From Planctomycetota bacterium (GTDB taxonomy: Bacteria > Planctomycetota > UBA8108 > SXIK01), in assembly GCA_965223265.1 (NCBI GenBank), contig OZ244999.1, positions 4,768,001 to 4,832,000 of the forward strand: a stretch of 64,000 nt of DNA. Direction: 5' to 3'. Shown piece by piece: positions 40,578 through 50,408 of the stretch (position 1 is the stretch's first letter; each line of letters opens with the position of its first letter). Made by a program: the position numbers and the translations under genes. The notes beneath the pieces were generated by a model. It did not search any database. It saw only the letters and a list, made by a program, of their open reading frames with translations, and had not been told where the DNA came from.

Positions 40578-42218
40578 TCAACTTTCGGGGCTTGAAGTGT
40601 GCCGAACGTCCTGCCAAGCCAGCCCGAAGCGTGCCAGGTATTTACGCAATCGATCTGCGTCGTTGGGCCTCGCCTTGCGCGCCCGCGACTTCGCGAAGAG
40701 CACGCGTCCCGCCTCGGAGAGGGTTCGACTTTGTCGGCACACCTCGAGCACGTCCGCGAGTTGCACGCGCTCGAAGCGGTCGAGCTCGGCTGCACGGTCC
40801 GCGCCGAGAACATGCACGACGACTGCGTCGCCACTCTGACGGTTAGATCGCGCGTCGCTCCAACTGGCCGACAGCCGATCGATCTCAGCCGCTACCGTGT
40901 CAACCCGGATGCGGCCGTCGGGCGCCAGCGTCGACATGCGGGTGACCGCAGAGCCAAGATCACGAAAGTTCGCGCTCCAGCGCGCCGCCGGCGACGTCGC
41001 GAAGGAGAGGAACGCCTCGCGCGCCTCGCGATTGAACGTGACGTTCTTGCCACTCGATGCGGCAACGCGCCGAAGCTCGTAGTCAAGGTTCGGCTCGAGG
41101 TCTTCGATGCGCTGAGCCAAACCGGGCAGCACAAACGTCCACAAATTGATGCGCGCGAGTAGATCGTCACGAAACTCCCCTGCAGCGACTTGGCGCCTGA
41201 GATCTCGATTGGTGCCAGCGATGAGTTGAAACTCGCTGTCGCTCTCGGCGTCGGAGCCGAGCGGGAGGAACCTCTTTTCTTCGATGGCGCGCAGGAGCAT
41301 CGTCTGCTCGTCGATGCCGAGCTCACCGATCTCGTCGAGAAAGAGGATGCCGCCGCTCGCCGCCTTGAGGAGACCTGGACGATCGGTGGTCGCTCCCGTG
41401 AAGGAGCCTTTGACATGCCCGAAGAGGGTCGACATGGCCGCGTCGCCGCGCAGTGTCGCGCAGTTGACTTCGACGAAGCGCCCTTCCACCTGCCTGCGGT
41501 TTTGCTTGAGCTCGAAGATCCGCCGCGCCAGCTGCGACTTTCCCGCGCCGGTCGGCCCCATGAGCAGGATGGGTTCCTTCGAGTGAATCGCGACGCGTTC
41601 GATCTCATCGATCAAACGATTGAACGCAGCGTTACGGGTTTCAATGCCCGACTTTAGGAACGACTGCGCTTCCTGCTGCTCGGCGGCGAAGCGGGTCGCG
41701 ATGCGGTCGTAGCGCGACAGGTCGAGATCGATGATGCTCAGCGATCCGGCGCTGGAGTCCTTGCGGCGCTTCGGCGGCGAAGCCTGTAGCAGCTTGGCAG
41801 GAAAATGACGCGACTCTGTTAACAGGAAGAGGCAGATCTGCGCAACGTGCGTTCCCGTTGTGATGTGGACGAAGTAGTCCTCGCTCTCGGGATCGAACGT
41901 GTAGTCGCCAGCGAAATCGTGCAGAGCCCCGTAGACCTCCTCGAAGTCCCACGGGTTGCCGAATTCTATGTTGTGGTGACGGACGGTCGTCTCCGGCGAG
42001 ACCGACCGCACGTCCTCATCGACCACTCGCCCCACAGGCGCATGCTTCTCTTGGTAGAGCAGTTCCAGCCGATCGACGAGAAAGTCATCGTGCTGGCAAA
42101 GAGCGACGCTCGGACGCCACGACTCCCACCTGCCGGGACCGGAGCCGGCGTCGAGGTTTGGCCCGAGGAGTCCAAGGACGACGGTTTGGTTGGGTCTGTG
42201 AGGGCTCAAGGTTCTCAA
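40578..42218 (-). CDS. rtcR: RNA repair transcriptional activator RtcR (CARF plus sigma54 AAA+)
   Basis: RW..WRPSVALCQ, NPWDFEEVY, HITTGTHVAQI, GPTGAGKS, GHVKGSFTGA, FLDEIGE and NDADRLRKYLARFGL. The true start is probably a TTG near 42209-42218 rather than 42323. Confidence 0.95.
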   Translation of the reverse strand: MRTLSPHRPNQTVVLGLLGPNLDAGSGPGRWESWRPSVALCQHDDFLVDRLELLYQEKHAPVGRVVDEDVRSVSPETTVRHHNIEFGNPWDFEEVYGALHDFAGDYTFDPESEDYFVHITTGTHVAQICLFLLTESRHFPAKLLQASPPKRRKDSSAGSLSIIDLDLSRYDRIATRFAAEQQEAQSFLKSGIETRNAAFNRLIDEIERVAIHSKEPILLMGPTGAGKSQLARRIFELKQNRRQVEGRFVEVNCATLRGDAAMSTLFGHVKGSFTGATTDRPGLLKAASGGILFLDEIGELGIDEQTMLLRAIEEKRFLPLGSDAESDSEFQLIAGTNRDLRRQVAAGEFRDDLLARINLWTFVLPGLAQRIEDLEPNLDYELRRVAASSGKNVTFNREAREAFLSFATSPAARWSANFRDLGSAVTRMSTLAPDGRIRVDTVAAEIDRLSASWSDARSNRQSGDAVVVHVLGADRAAELDRFERVQLADVLEVCRQSRTLSEAGRVLFAKSRARKARPNDADRLRKYLARFGLAWQDVRHTSSPES

Positions 42219-42274
42219 CCTGCGGCGCAGAGCAAGTGACAAGCGAGGGGCGAAATCTCTTGCGACTCCGAAGA

Positions 42275-42311
42275 AGTATATCCTACAGGATAGAGTATAT
42301 CCTTTAGGATA
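42275..42311. promoter_or_regulatory. Tandem palindromic sites, probable RtcR upstream activation sequences
   Basis: AGTATATCCTACAGGATA (42275-42292) and AGTATATCCTTTAGGATA (42294-42311) each contain TATCCT-NN-AGGATA and lie about 100-140 bp upstream of the sigma54-like site. Confidence 0.7.
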
Positions 42312-42412
42312 TGAATGACTCACTCCGCCTCGGACGCACCAGCCCGGCGAGAAACACCCTAAAGGTCTTCAACGAAAACATTTACAATTGCAAGGAAAGT
42401 TTCTCAGGAGTG

Positions 42413-42428
42413 CGGCACGCGATGTGAT
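42413..42428 (+). promoter_or_regulatory. Sigma54 (-24/-12)-like promoter for rtcAB
   Basis: CGGCACG-CGAT-GTGAT versus consensus TGGCACG-N4-TTGCW. The -24 box is good, but the -12 box is GA instead of GC. Confidence 0.6.
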
Positions 42429-42442
42429 ATAGAGTCCTCACG

Positions 42443-42545
42443 TCTGGCCCGGCGCCGCTCCATGTGGCGCCGGGCCCGGGGCCAGAGAGGGTCAGAAACT
42501 GACCCAGGTTCACTTCGGCGGCAGCCGGAGGCGGGACCGACGCCG
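42443..42545 (+). ncRNA. Candidate structured leader RNA upstream of rtcA
   Basis: Three consecutive stems: GGCCCGGCGCCGC/GTGGCGCCGGGCC, GGGTCAG-AAA-CTGACCC and CGGCG...CGCCG. The family is not identified. Confidence 0.4.
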
Positions 42546-42584
42546 TTTCCCAAGACACCGCAACCTTGAATCGGAGCCTTCCCC

Positions 42585-43619
42585 ATGACGAATGACTGGA
42601 TCGAGATCGACGGCGCCGCAGGCGAAGGCGGCGGACAGATCCTCCGCTCGTCGCTCGCCCTCTCGCTCGTGAGCCAGCGCCCGCTGCGTCTCGACCGCAT
42701 TCGCGCTGGCCGCAAGAAGCCAGGGCTTCTCCGTCAGCACCTCACCGCGGTGCGGGCCGCGGCCGAAGTTGGCGATGCAACGGTCGAGGGAGCCGACCTC
42801 GGCTCTCGGCACCTGACCTTTCGCCCACGAACGGTCTCTGCGGGTGAGTTTCACTTCGCCGTCGGCACGGCCGGCAGCGCCACTCTCGTGCTCCAGACAG
42901 TCCTGCCCGCGCTCCTCACCGCGCCGGGGCCCTCGCATCTCACGCTCGAAGGGGGCACGCACAATCCGTTCGCCCCACCGTTCAACTTTCTTGATCGTGC
43001 ATTCTTGCCGCTCGTTCGTCGGCTCGGCCCTCGCGTCGATGCGGTCCTGGAACGCCCAGGGTTCTATCCAGCTGGTGGTGGACGCTTCCAGGTCACGATC
43101 GAGCCGGTCAAGCAACTGGGTGGCTTCGAACTCCTTGAGCGCGGCGCCGACGGCCGTCGTGTGGCGCGCGCGATATTCTCGAACCTGCCCCAGAGCATCG
43201 CTCAGCGCGAGCTAAAGGTTGTGAGCGACCGGCTCGGGTGGACAGGTGACGCTCTGCGGCGTGAAGAAATCACCAACGCGGAAGGCGTAGGCAACGTCCT
43301 GACCCTCGAAATCGAATCGGAGCACATCACGGAAGTTTTCACCGGCTTTGGCCAGCGCTCCGTGCCGGCGGAAGGTGTGGCCAGGCAGGCGATCTCGGAA
43401 GCACAGAACTACCTCAAGAGCCCTGCGCCTGTCGGCCCCTACCTTGCCGACCAGCTGCTCCTGCCACTGGCGCTGGCTCAGGGTGGAACGTTCCGAACGC
43501 AAGCGGTGACGCAGCACACGAAAACCAACGCGCAGGTCATCGAACGAGTGCTCCCGGTGGCGATCGAAATCACACGCGCCGCCCGCGACGATCACGTGGT
43601 TTCGATTCGGCCGCTGTAG
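42585..43619 (+). CDS. rtcA: RNA 3'-terminal phosphate cyclase
   Basis: IDGAAGEGGGQILR, IRAGRKKPGLLRQH, GGTHNP.APP, GFYPAGGG, YLADQL and catalytic H in QHTKTN. Confidence 0.96.
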   Translation: MTNDWIEIDGAAGEGGGQILRSSLALSLVSQRPLRLDRIRAGRKKPGLLRQHLTAVRAAAEVGDATVEGADLGSRHLTFRPRTVSAGEFHFAVGTAGSATLVLQTVLPALLTAPGPSHLTLEGGTHNPFAPPFNFLDRAFLPLVRRLGPRVDAVLERPGFYPAGGGRFQVTIEPVKQLGGFELLERGADGRRVARAIFSNLPQSIAQRELKVVSDRLGWTGDALRREEITNAEGVGNVLTLEIESEHITEVFTGFGQRSVPAEGVARQAISEAQNYLKSPAPVGPYLADQLLLPLALAQGGTFRTQAVTQHTKTNAQVIERVLPVAIEITRAARDDHVVSIRPL

Positions 43620-43704
43620 CGCAAGAGCTCACTTGGGTCCAACGCGCGAGATCAAACGTCCAACAGAACAGACAGAAAAGCGTTCAAATAGAAAGAGTGG
43701 AAAC

Positions 43705-45102
43705 ATGAAGAAGCGAGAACTGGTCAACCTGGGAATCCCGAAGGGTGAGTCGACCCGACTCGCCGGGCTGGCGGTGCAGGCAGCGCTGGAGAGCGGCATG
43801 AACAACGACGCGATCCGCAGTCAGCTGCAGTCACTGGTGGAGGATTCCGCATCCTTTCTCCAGCACGAGATCTTCGGCGATCTTGCCGCGGCACTAACTG
43901 AACATCGTCGCCTGCAGGACCTCTATGTGCCGCGCGAAGAGCCGGCCCCGTATCGCCAGTGGGGTACGGATCTTGAAGAGCAGTCGGTGCGCCAGATGGA
44001 AAACGCCTGCAAGCTTCCGGTCTCGGTGCGCGGTGCGCTCATGCCCGATGCCCACCTTGGCTACGGCCTGCCGATCGGCGGAGTCCTGGCGACACGCGGC
44101 GCGGTGATCCCGTACGCGGTGGGCGTTGACATCGCTTGCCGTATGAAGATGACCGTGCTCGACCTGCCAACCGACGCACTCGAGAAGCAGCATGAGCGGC
44201 TCCGTAGCGCACTGACGCGCGAGACCCAGTTCGGCATCGGCGCCAAGTTCAAACGGCGACGCCAGCACGAAGTGCTCGACGAAGACTGGGGCGTTACGGA
44301 CGTGACACGGCAGCTCAAGGACAGGGCTTGGTCGCAGCTCGGAACGAGCGGCAGCGGCAACCACTTTGTTGAGTTCGGAACGCTCGAGGTGCACAACGAG
44401 GCTTGCGGCATCGAGGCCGGCGTTTACCTGGCGCTCTTGAGTCACAGCGGTAGCCGAGGCGCCGGCGCGACGGTCGCGGGCCACTACAGCCGCATCGCGA
44501 TGGACCTCCACCCGGAGCTGCCGCGCGAACTAGGCCATCTGTCGTGGCTCGATCTCGACTCCGAGGCGGGCCAGGAGTACTGGCACGCCATGGAGCTCAT
44601 GGGCAAGTACGCGGCAGCCAACCACGCCTGCATCCACGAAGCCATCGCCGACCATCTGGGCGTCGACGTCCACCTCGACATCGAGAACCACCACAACTTC
44701 GCGTGGAAGGAAGAGCACGATGGCGAAGAGGTCATCGTCCATCGCAAGGGAGCGACTCCCGCGGGCGACGGCGTGCTGGGAATCATTCCAGGCTCGATGG
44801 CATCGCCAGCCTATGTCGTGCGCGGCAAAGGCAACCCGGCATCACTCAACTCGGCATCCCACGGCGCCGGACGTGTCATGAGTCGAACGGAGGCGAAAAA
44901 AACGCTCAAGTGGAAAGACGCGCAGCGGTTGCTCGCCGAGCGCCGCGTTTCGCTCCTGTCGGCTGGGCTCGACGAGGTACCGATGGTCTACAAAAACATC
45001 GATGAGGTCATGGCAGCGCAGGACGACTTGGTCGAACCGCTGGCGCAGTTCCAGCCACGCCTCGTGCGCATGGCGCCAGCGGGCGAACGGCCGGAGGATT
45101 GA
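43705..45102 (+). CDS. rtcB: RNA ligase RtcB (with N-terminal helical extension)
   Basis: MPDAHLGYGLPIGGV, GVDIAC, QLGTSGSGNHF, HSGSRG, HHN, HRKGAT, PGSM and SHGAGR. Confidence 0.96.
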   Translation: MKKRELVNLGIPKGESTRLAGLAVQAALESGMNNDAIRSQLQSLVEDSASFLQHEIFGDLAAALTEHRRLQDLYVPREEPAPYRQWGTDLEEQSVRQMENACKLPVSVRGALMPDAHLGYGLPIGGVLATRGAVIPYAVGVDIACRMKMTVLDLPTDALEKQHERLRSALTRETQFGIGAKFKRRRQHEVLDEDWGVTDVTRQLKDRAWSQLGTSGSGNHFVEFGTLEVHNEACGIEAGVYLALLSHSGSRGAGATVAGHYSRIAMDLHPELPRELGHLSWLDLDSEAGQEYWHAMELMGKYAAANHACIHEAIADHLGVDVHLDIENHHNFAWKEEHDGEEVIVHRKGATPAGDGVLGIIPGSMASPAYVVRGKGNPASLNSASHGAGRVMSRTEAKKTLKWKDAQRLLAERRVSLLSAGLDEVPMVYKNIDEVMAAQDDLVEPLAQFQPRLVRMAPAGERPED

Positions 45103-45109
45103 CGGGCGT

Positions 45110-45177
45110 CAGGCACACTCCCGTGGCCGTCCGGTCTTTACTCAGTCTACCTCACGCGGAGTATGCCTGCTACTTTG
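45110..45177. repeat. GTAG-type REP pair
   Basis: CAGGCACACTCCCGTG...CACGCGGAGTATGCCTGCTACTTTG immediately after rtcB. Confidence 0.65.
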
Positions 45178-45303
45178 CTCGAACCGGCGACGCATCGATC
45201 GTTCGTCGCGACCGGCGCGCCAAATTGCCCTTGGTGTCGACAAGCACAATTTGCTATAGGTTCGGAGAAATACCCCTCCGATGGCGACAGGAATGGTGAA
45301 GAG

Positions 45304-48003
45304 ATGCGATCCACTATACGAAAAGAAGAAGAGCTGAAGCTTTACGACCGACTCTCCCGATTGACGTATCGCCAAGCCTGCGCACTCTGCGGCGAGAATG
45401 GCGATCGTCTGATCGCGGCCGGCGGTAAATACCACATCGATCTCGACGAACAAGTCTACCTGCGTGGCGACCTTTTTCGAGTCAACGTCTCCGATGCGAT
45501 CGTCACGGTGACCACGATGGCGAGCCAGCGCCATCGCCTAAAGTGGAACTGTTCGACATGCGATCGAGCCTGTGAGCACCTCGGAGCGGCGCTCTCGCTG
45601 ATCCTTGAAGAAAAAACAACTCTCGGACTCGCCGCACCGCCGGAGGAGTCTATCCCGACGGAACTATTGAGCGCACAGGAGCTCATCGACACCGAGTTGA
45701 AGGCACGAGACGAACGCTCACGAAGAGAGCGGATGCGAGTGAAGTCGACGCAACCGCGCGTTCTTTGGACTGATTATCTTGTGACCAACCCCGCTTCCGG
45801 CAAGACTTACCGCGTAGCTCTCCGCGGCTGGGAGCCTGGAGAGTCTTTCTGCTCGTGCCCTGACTTCCGTGTGAACACTCTTGGCACTTGCAAACACATC
45901 ATGAGAGTGATGCGAACCGCGCGGCGCAAATTCTCGCCCGCGACATGCCGCAGGGCGTACGCTCAAAGGGAACTGGCAGTTCACCTGCGATACGCTGAGG
46001 ATCTCGAACTGCGCCTTCTCGTCCCGGACGACCTCGGCGCCGCGCCTCAAAGGATCGTCCGGCCATTCGCCGATCGGGCGATTTCGAACGTGCGCAAGTT
46101 AACGTCTTGCATACGTCAACTGGCAGCCCTCGGCGTCGATGTGACCGTGTATCCCGATGCCGAAGAGTGGATCCAGTTTCGATTGATGCAGGAGCGCATT
46201 GGATCAAAGGTGAAGGAGATCCGTCAGGACCCGAAGCGACACCCACTGCGCCATGAACTGCTCAAAGTCGAGCTTCTCCCGTACCAGCTCGACGGCATCG
46301 CGTTCGCCGCTGGGGCTGGGCGAGCCATCTTAGCCGACGACATGGGGCTCGGAAAGACCATTCAAGGCGTCGGTGTCGCCGAGTTTCTCGCGCGCGAAGT
46401 GAGGATCGCGAAGGTCCTCGTCATCTGCCCAGCATCGCTGAAAGCACAGTGGCAAGGCGAGATCGGACGTTTTTCGGATCGAGACTGTCAAGTCGTCCTC
46501 GGCAGCGTAGCGGCGCGCGCCAGGCAATACGAAAACGATCGATTCTTCACCGTCTGCAACTACGAGCAAGTTCTTCGAGACGTTCTTGCGATCGAGCGAG
46601 TCAAGTGGGATCTGATCATTCTTGACGAAGGTCAGAGGATCAAGAACTGGGAAGCCAAGACGAGCCGCGTTGTCAAAGGACTCAAGGCACCTTTCGCGCT
46701 CGTTCTCTCTGGGACGCCGCTCGAGAACCGGCTTGACGACCTCTATTCGATTGTGCAGTTCGTCGATGATCGAAGCCTCGGACCAGCCTTTCGTTTCTTC
46801 CACCGCCATCGAGTCGTCAATGAGACTGGGCGTGTCCTTGGCTACCGCAACCTGCGTGAAGTGCGTGAACGCCTGCAGCCAGTATTCCTCCGCCGTACAC
46901 GCGACGAAGTGATGAAGGACTTGCCACCGAGGATGACGGAGATCATCCGCATCACTCCCACCGCCGAGCAGCAAGACCTCCACGACGCACAGGCTCGCAT
47001 CATCAGCAGCATCGTCAACAAGTCGTACATCAGCGAGATGGACCTACTGCGCTTACAGAAGGCGCTGCTGATCTGTCGTATGGCTGCCGACAGCACCTTC
47101 TTGGTTGACAAAGACGCGCCAGGCTTCTCGTCAAAGCTCGACGAGCTCGACGAGCTATTTGGACGCTTGGGGCAGGACCCTAAGCGGAAGGCCGTGCTCT
47201 TTTCTGAATGGACGACCATGCTCGACCTCATCGAGCCGCTCGCCGAAAAGCATGGCCTCGACTTCGTTCGCCTCGACGGCTCAGTGCCGCAGAGGAAGCG
47301 CCAACAACTGGTGCACAGATTCAGCAAGGATGCGGCGTGCCGCTTGTTCCTGACGACGAATGCAGGGTCCACTGGACTCAATCTGCAAGCGGCAGACACG
47401 GTGATCAACGTCGACCTACCGTGGAACCCCGCAGTGCTGGAACAGCGGATCGGCCGTGCTCACCGTATGGGGCAAAAGCAACCCGTTCAGGTCTTCATCT
47501 TGGTCACCGTCGAGACCATCGAAGAGAACATGCTCGCGACTCTGTCGGCGAAGCACTCACTGGCGCTCGCCGCTCTCGACGTCGACTCGGAGGTGGACGA
47601 GATCGATCTCATCAGTGGCGTCGAGGAACTCAAGCGGCGGCTGGAAGTCTTGCTCGGCGCGCGACCTGAAGCCCCTCCGGAAGTGAGATCAAAGACGTCA
47701 TCGACAGCCGAGGCGGATCGACTCGCCCGTCAGGAAAAGGTGGCAGCCGCGGGCGGCGAACTACTCAGCGCGGCGTTCTCGTTTCTCAGCGAGCTGATTC
47801 CATCCTCAAAGAAAGACGCGACGACGACTCAAGACCAGGAGACGCGCCACCTCGCTGCGGCGGTCAAAGCCAGCCTGTCCGACGCTGTTGAGAAAGACGA
47901 CCAGGGACGCCTTCATCTCAAGGTCACCTTGGCGGACTCAGGCGCGCTGGACTCGCTCGCGGAGTCACTGGCGCGGCTGATGGCGCAACGCGGGGAAAAG
48001 TAA
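45304..48003 (+). CDS. SNF2-family helicase/ATPase with two SWIM zinc fingers
   Basis: CSTC...CEH and CSCPDF......TCKH fingers, DDMGLGKT, LDEGQRIKN, SGTPLEN, GLNLQAA and QRIGRAHRMGQ. Confidence 0.9.
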   Translation: MRSTIRKEEELKLYDRLSRLTYRQACALCGENGDRLIAAGGKYHIDLDEQVYLRGDLFRVNVSDAIVTVTTMASQRHRLKWNCSTCDRACEHLGAALSLILEEKTTLGLAAPPEESIPTELLSAQELIDTELKARDERSRRERMRVKSTQPRVLWTDYLVTNPASGKTYRVALRGWEPGESFCSCPDFRVNTLGTCKHIMRVMRTARRKFSPATCRRAYAQRELAVHLRYAEDLELRLLVPDDLGAAPQRIVRPFADRAISNVRKLTSCIRQLAALGVDVTVYPDAEEWIQFRLMQERIGSKVKEIRQDPKRHPLRHELLKVELLPYQLDGIAFAAGAGRAILADDMGLGKTIQGVGVAEFLAREVRIAKVLVICPASLKAQWQGEIGRFSDRDCQVVLGSVAARARQYENDRFFTVCNYEQVLRDVLAIERVKWDLIILDEGQRIKNWEAKTSRVVKGLKAPFALVLSGTPLENRLDDLYSIVQFVDDRSLGPAFRFFHRHRVVNETGRVLGYRNLREVRERLQPVFLRRTRDEVMKDLPPRMTEIIRITPTAEQQDLHDAQARIISSIVNKSYISEMDLLRLQKALLICRMAADSTFLVDKDAPGFSSKLDELDELFGRLGQDPKRKAVLFSEWTTMLDLIEPLAEKHGLDFVRLDGSVPQRKRQQLVHRFSKDAACRLFLTTNAGSTGLNLQAADTVINVDLPWNPAVLEQRIGRAHRMGQKQPVQVFILVTVETIEENMLATLSAKHSLALAALDVDSEVDEIDLISGVEELKRRLEVLLGARPEAPPEVRSKTSSTAEADRLARQEKVAAAGGELLSAAFSFLSELIPSSKKDATTTQDQETRHLAAAVKASLSDAVEKDDQGRLHLKVTLADSGALDSLAESLARLMAQRGEK

Positions 48004-48427
48004 ACCGCGGCGAAGCCGGGCCGCCAAATGCCTTCACTTTGGGCACCAGCACAGAGGACCGCGTCCAGCCAAGTTCAGGGCCAGCGGTCTCCAACGAGAG
48101 TGAACCACGCGCGATGTCGTTTGCCCATCGAACTGGACGTGAGCTGCGTGATTCTACCGGCATGTCACGGCATATGCCTCCCAGTAGCAGCTCTGGTGGC
48201 CTTGTCGAAACGCGCGGCAAGGCCTGCGTCTATTCGCAGTCCAACTTTTGGACGCGAGCGACGGAGAGATTGATGGTCACATCAGACTCATACACGTCAG
48301 CGATGATAGACTTCTATGGCCACGACTGCCAATGACGCGGCCGGCTGCGGCATCGACTTGCGCAGTGACGTGAGAGCCGTTAGAGAGTGCCGCTAACGTA
48401 CCGTCGCCCCCCTGACAGGAGTCACCG

Positions 48428-49081
48428 ATGCGCCACCCCTACTCAATCTCATTGATCTCTATGTTCGTCCTCGTTTTCGCCGGCGACGGAGTCGCCGCGG
48501 ACGGAAAGACGATTCCACGGAAGCTCATCGACAAGAACGAAGTCGACGAGGTGAGGGCGGCCATTCGCAGGGGAGCGGACGTGAACGCTGCTTACGATGA
48601 CAACGGTCTCAACGCGCTTCACATAGCAACCGCGATGCGAGCCCACGATGTCCTCGAGGTGCTCCTCAAGCACAAGGCGAATCCGAATGCCGCCAGCACA
48701 GTCGGCTGGACGCCGCTCATGAACACCGCGCTGAGCAACAGTCCCCGCATGGCGGCGACGCTCATCAAGCACGGCGCCAAAGTCAACCAACAGGACAAAA
48801 GCGGCAGTACGGCACTGTCGTACGCGGCGCACCTCAACTTCACAAAGGTAGCGCAGCTCCTCCTATCGCAGCGCGCCAAGGTCAACGTCGCCGACAAAAA
48901 TGGCGAGACCCCGCTCTGGAAGGCTGCGGCGCGCGGCAACGTCGAAGTGCTCCAGGTGCTTGTGAAGCACCGAGCCAACGTCAACGTCAAGGACAAGAAC
49001 GGCCGCTCCGCGCTCGCCGTCGCGAAAGAGAAAAAGCACGACAAGGCGATCGCGTTCTTGAAACGACACGGCGCGCGTTGA
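48428..49081 (+). CDS. Secreted ankyrin-repeat protein
   Basis: Signal peptide and repeated G.T(P/A)L..AA......L...GA.VN units. Confidence 0.92.
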   Translation: MRHPYSISLISMFVLVFAGDGVAADGKTIPRKLIDKNEVDEVRAAIRRGADVNAAYDDNGLNALHIATAMRAHDVLEVLLKHKANPNAASTVGWTPLMNTALSNSPRMAATLIKHGAKVNQQDKSGSTALSYAAHLNFTKVAQLLLSQRAKVNVADKNGETPLWKAAARGNVEVLQVLVKHRANVNVKDKNGRSALAVAKEKKHDKAIAFLKRHGAR

Positions 49082-49358
49082 GACGAACCCATACCTGGCC
49101 TGCAGTGCCGTAAGGACTACGAAGCCCGCGGGCGAGCGGAGTTCAATCGCGCGACTCCTTCTCCAGCCGACGGCGCGGCTGCTCGACTGCCCGCTTCTTG
49201 TCGAGGATGCCGCGAATCTTGAAGGCGTTGACGTAGAACTTGGCGCGAGACTTCGCAGTCCGACCCAGCCGCTCGCGTCGGCGCGTTCCTCCGTCGTCCA
49301 CTCGACCTCGCCCCTGGAGCGAACGGCACTTCGACCAAGAAGTCAACTCCGGCCCTGA

Positions 49359-49802
49359 TCACGGTGCCCGCAGGCGCGTCGCGAGCTCACGAGCACTGAG
49401 GTGCGTATAGTCCTTGTCGATGCTGCGCTGAACCAGGCGGGCGACGGGATCAGAGATCTTCTTTCTGAGGAGCCCCAGAAAGTGAGGTGCCGCAGCAACG
49501 ACAAGCTCGCCAAAATCGCCGCGAGTGCGCCCCTTCGAGAGTAACTCTGCGATTTCCTGCGCGAACCGCATCGCCTCGACCTCCTTGGGGTCGGTAGGGC
49601 TTTCCATCCCCGGTTTCAGAGACGTGTTGCCGCTCTGCTGGACGCGGCCGACGCCATCGGTCACGAGGTCGCTCGTCTTGGCACGCGCCTCGGGTCGATC
49701 CAGCTCGTGTGCAAGCTTCCATGGCTTGTCCCAATCCGTGAGCGAAAAGATCCGGGCTCGACTCGCGTCGCAAACCAGTATCCAAGTCTCTGTTGCTTTC
49801 AT
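49359..49802 (-). CDS. Host-attachment family protein (AtsE-like, release-factor-related fold)
   Basis: TWILVCDASRARIF, L..D..GR, FA..IA..L, LVVAAAPHFLG.LR and KDYT. Confidence 0.85.
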   Translation of the reverse strand: MKATETWILVCDASRARIFSLTDWDKPWKLAHELDRPEARAKTSDLVTDGVGRVQQSGNTSLKPGMESPTDPKEVEAMRFAQEIAELLSKGRTRGDFGELVVAAAPHFLGLLRKKISDPVARLVQRSIDKDYTHLSARELATRLRAP

Positions 49803-50408
49803 TCTTCTCTTTCTGCGACGGAGGTGTTCGTCGTCAGCAACTGGATCAACACTCGATCTCCTCGCGGCAAACGGACCGCAGAGCGTTTCGACGCGGTCCG
49901 CGAAGTCGGTGCTCATTCGGCATGCGATCCATTCTCAATCCGTCGTCACTTCGGGCGCGTCATGGGACTCAGGATGCCCCTCCGGGGGATGTGGTCGTGT
50001 GCCCGCATGCCGCTCCTCATGCTCGACAGGTTCGCCGCGCGGCGGTTCATGTCCCCGCGGGCGTTTCTTCTTTCTACGTTGCTTCGACTCGCCGCTCGGG
50101 CCCGAGCGGCTTCGGTTGGAATGGAGCATGACGCTGGACCACACGCCTTGGTTTTTCGACGCAAGCTTCTCGCTTTCCGCCTCGAGGACCCATCATTAGG
50201 TCCAAGCGAACCAACTTAGTAGCAAATACCACGCCGTCGAAACGGACGAACACGCACAGGAGAATCTCTCGAAGGCGGTGCACGGAACGTGAATTTTGCC
50301 CACTGGTGGGGAATTTCCAGCTCGCGGCCTGGGAGTCTCGCACTTGATGCGAGCGCTTCGCCGACCGAGGATAGCCGCTAAGATCCTTGGTCGAGGAGTC
50401 TTCTAACG

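Noticed and set aside
42440-42560. Possible tRNA or Y RNA before rtcA
   Set aside because: There is no cloverleaf, no canonical T-loop with acceptor stem, and no Ro60 gene. It is kept only as an unclassified structured RNA candidate.
45163-45303. Extended N-terminus of the SNF2 ORF
   Set aside because: The upstream ATG lies within the REP element, so ATG 45304 is more plausible.
49117-49362. Short minus-strand ORFs downstream of the host-attachment gene
   Set aside because: No motif and competing frames. They may be a gene remnant, but this cannot be supported.
49935-50144. Small charged ORF (HEPPRGEP...)
   Set aside because: Low complexity with no clear SD or family signal.
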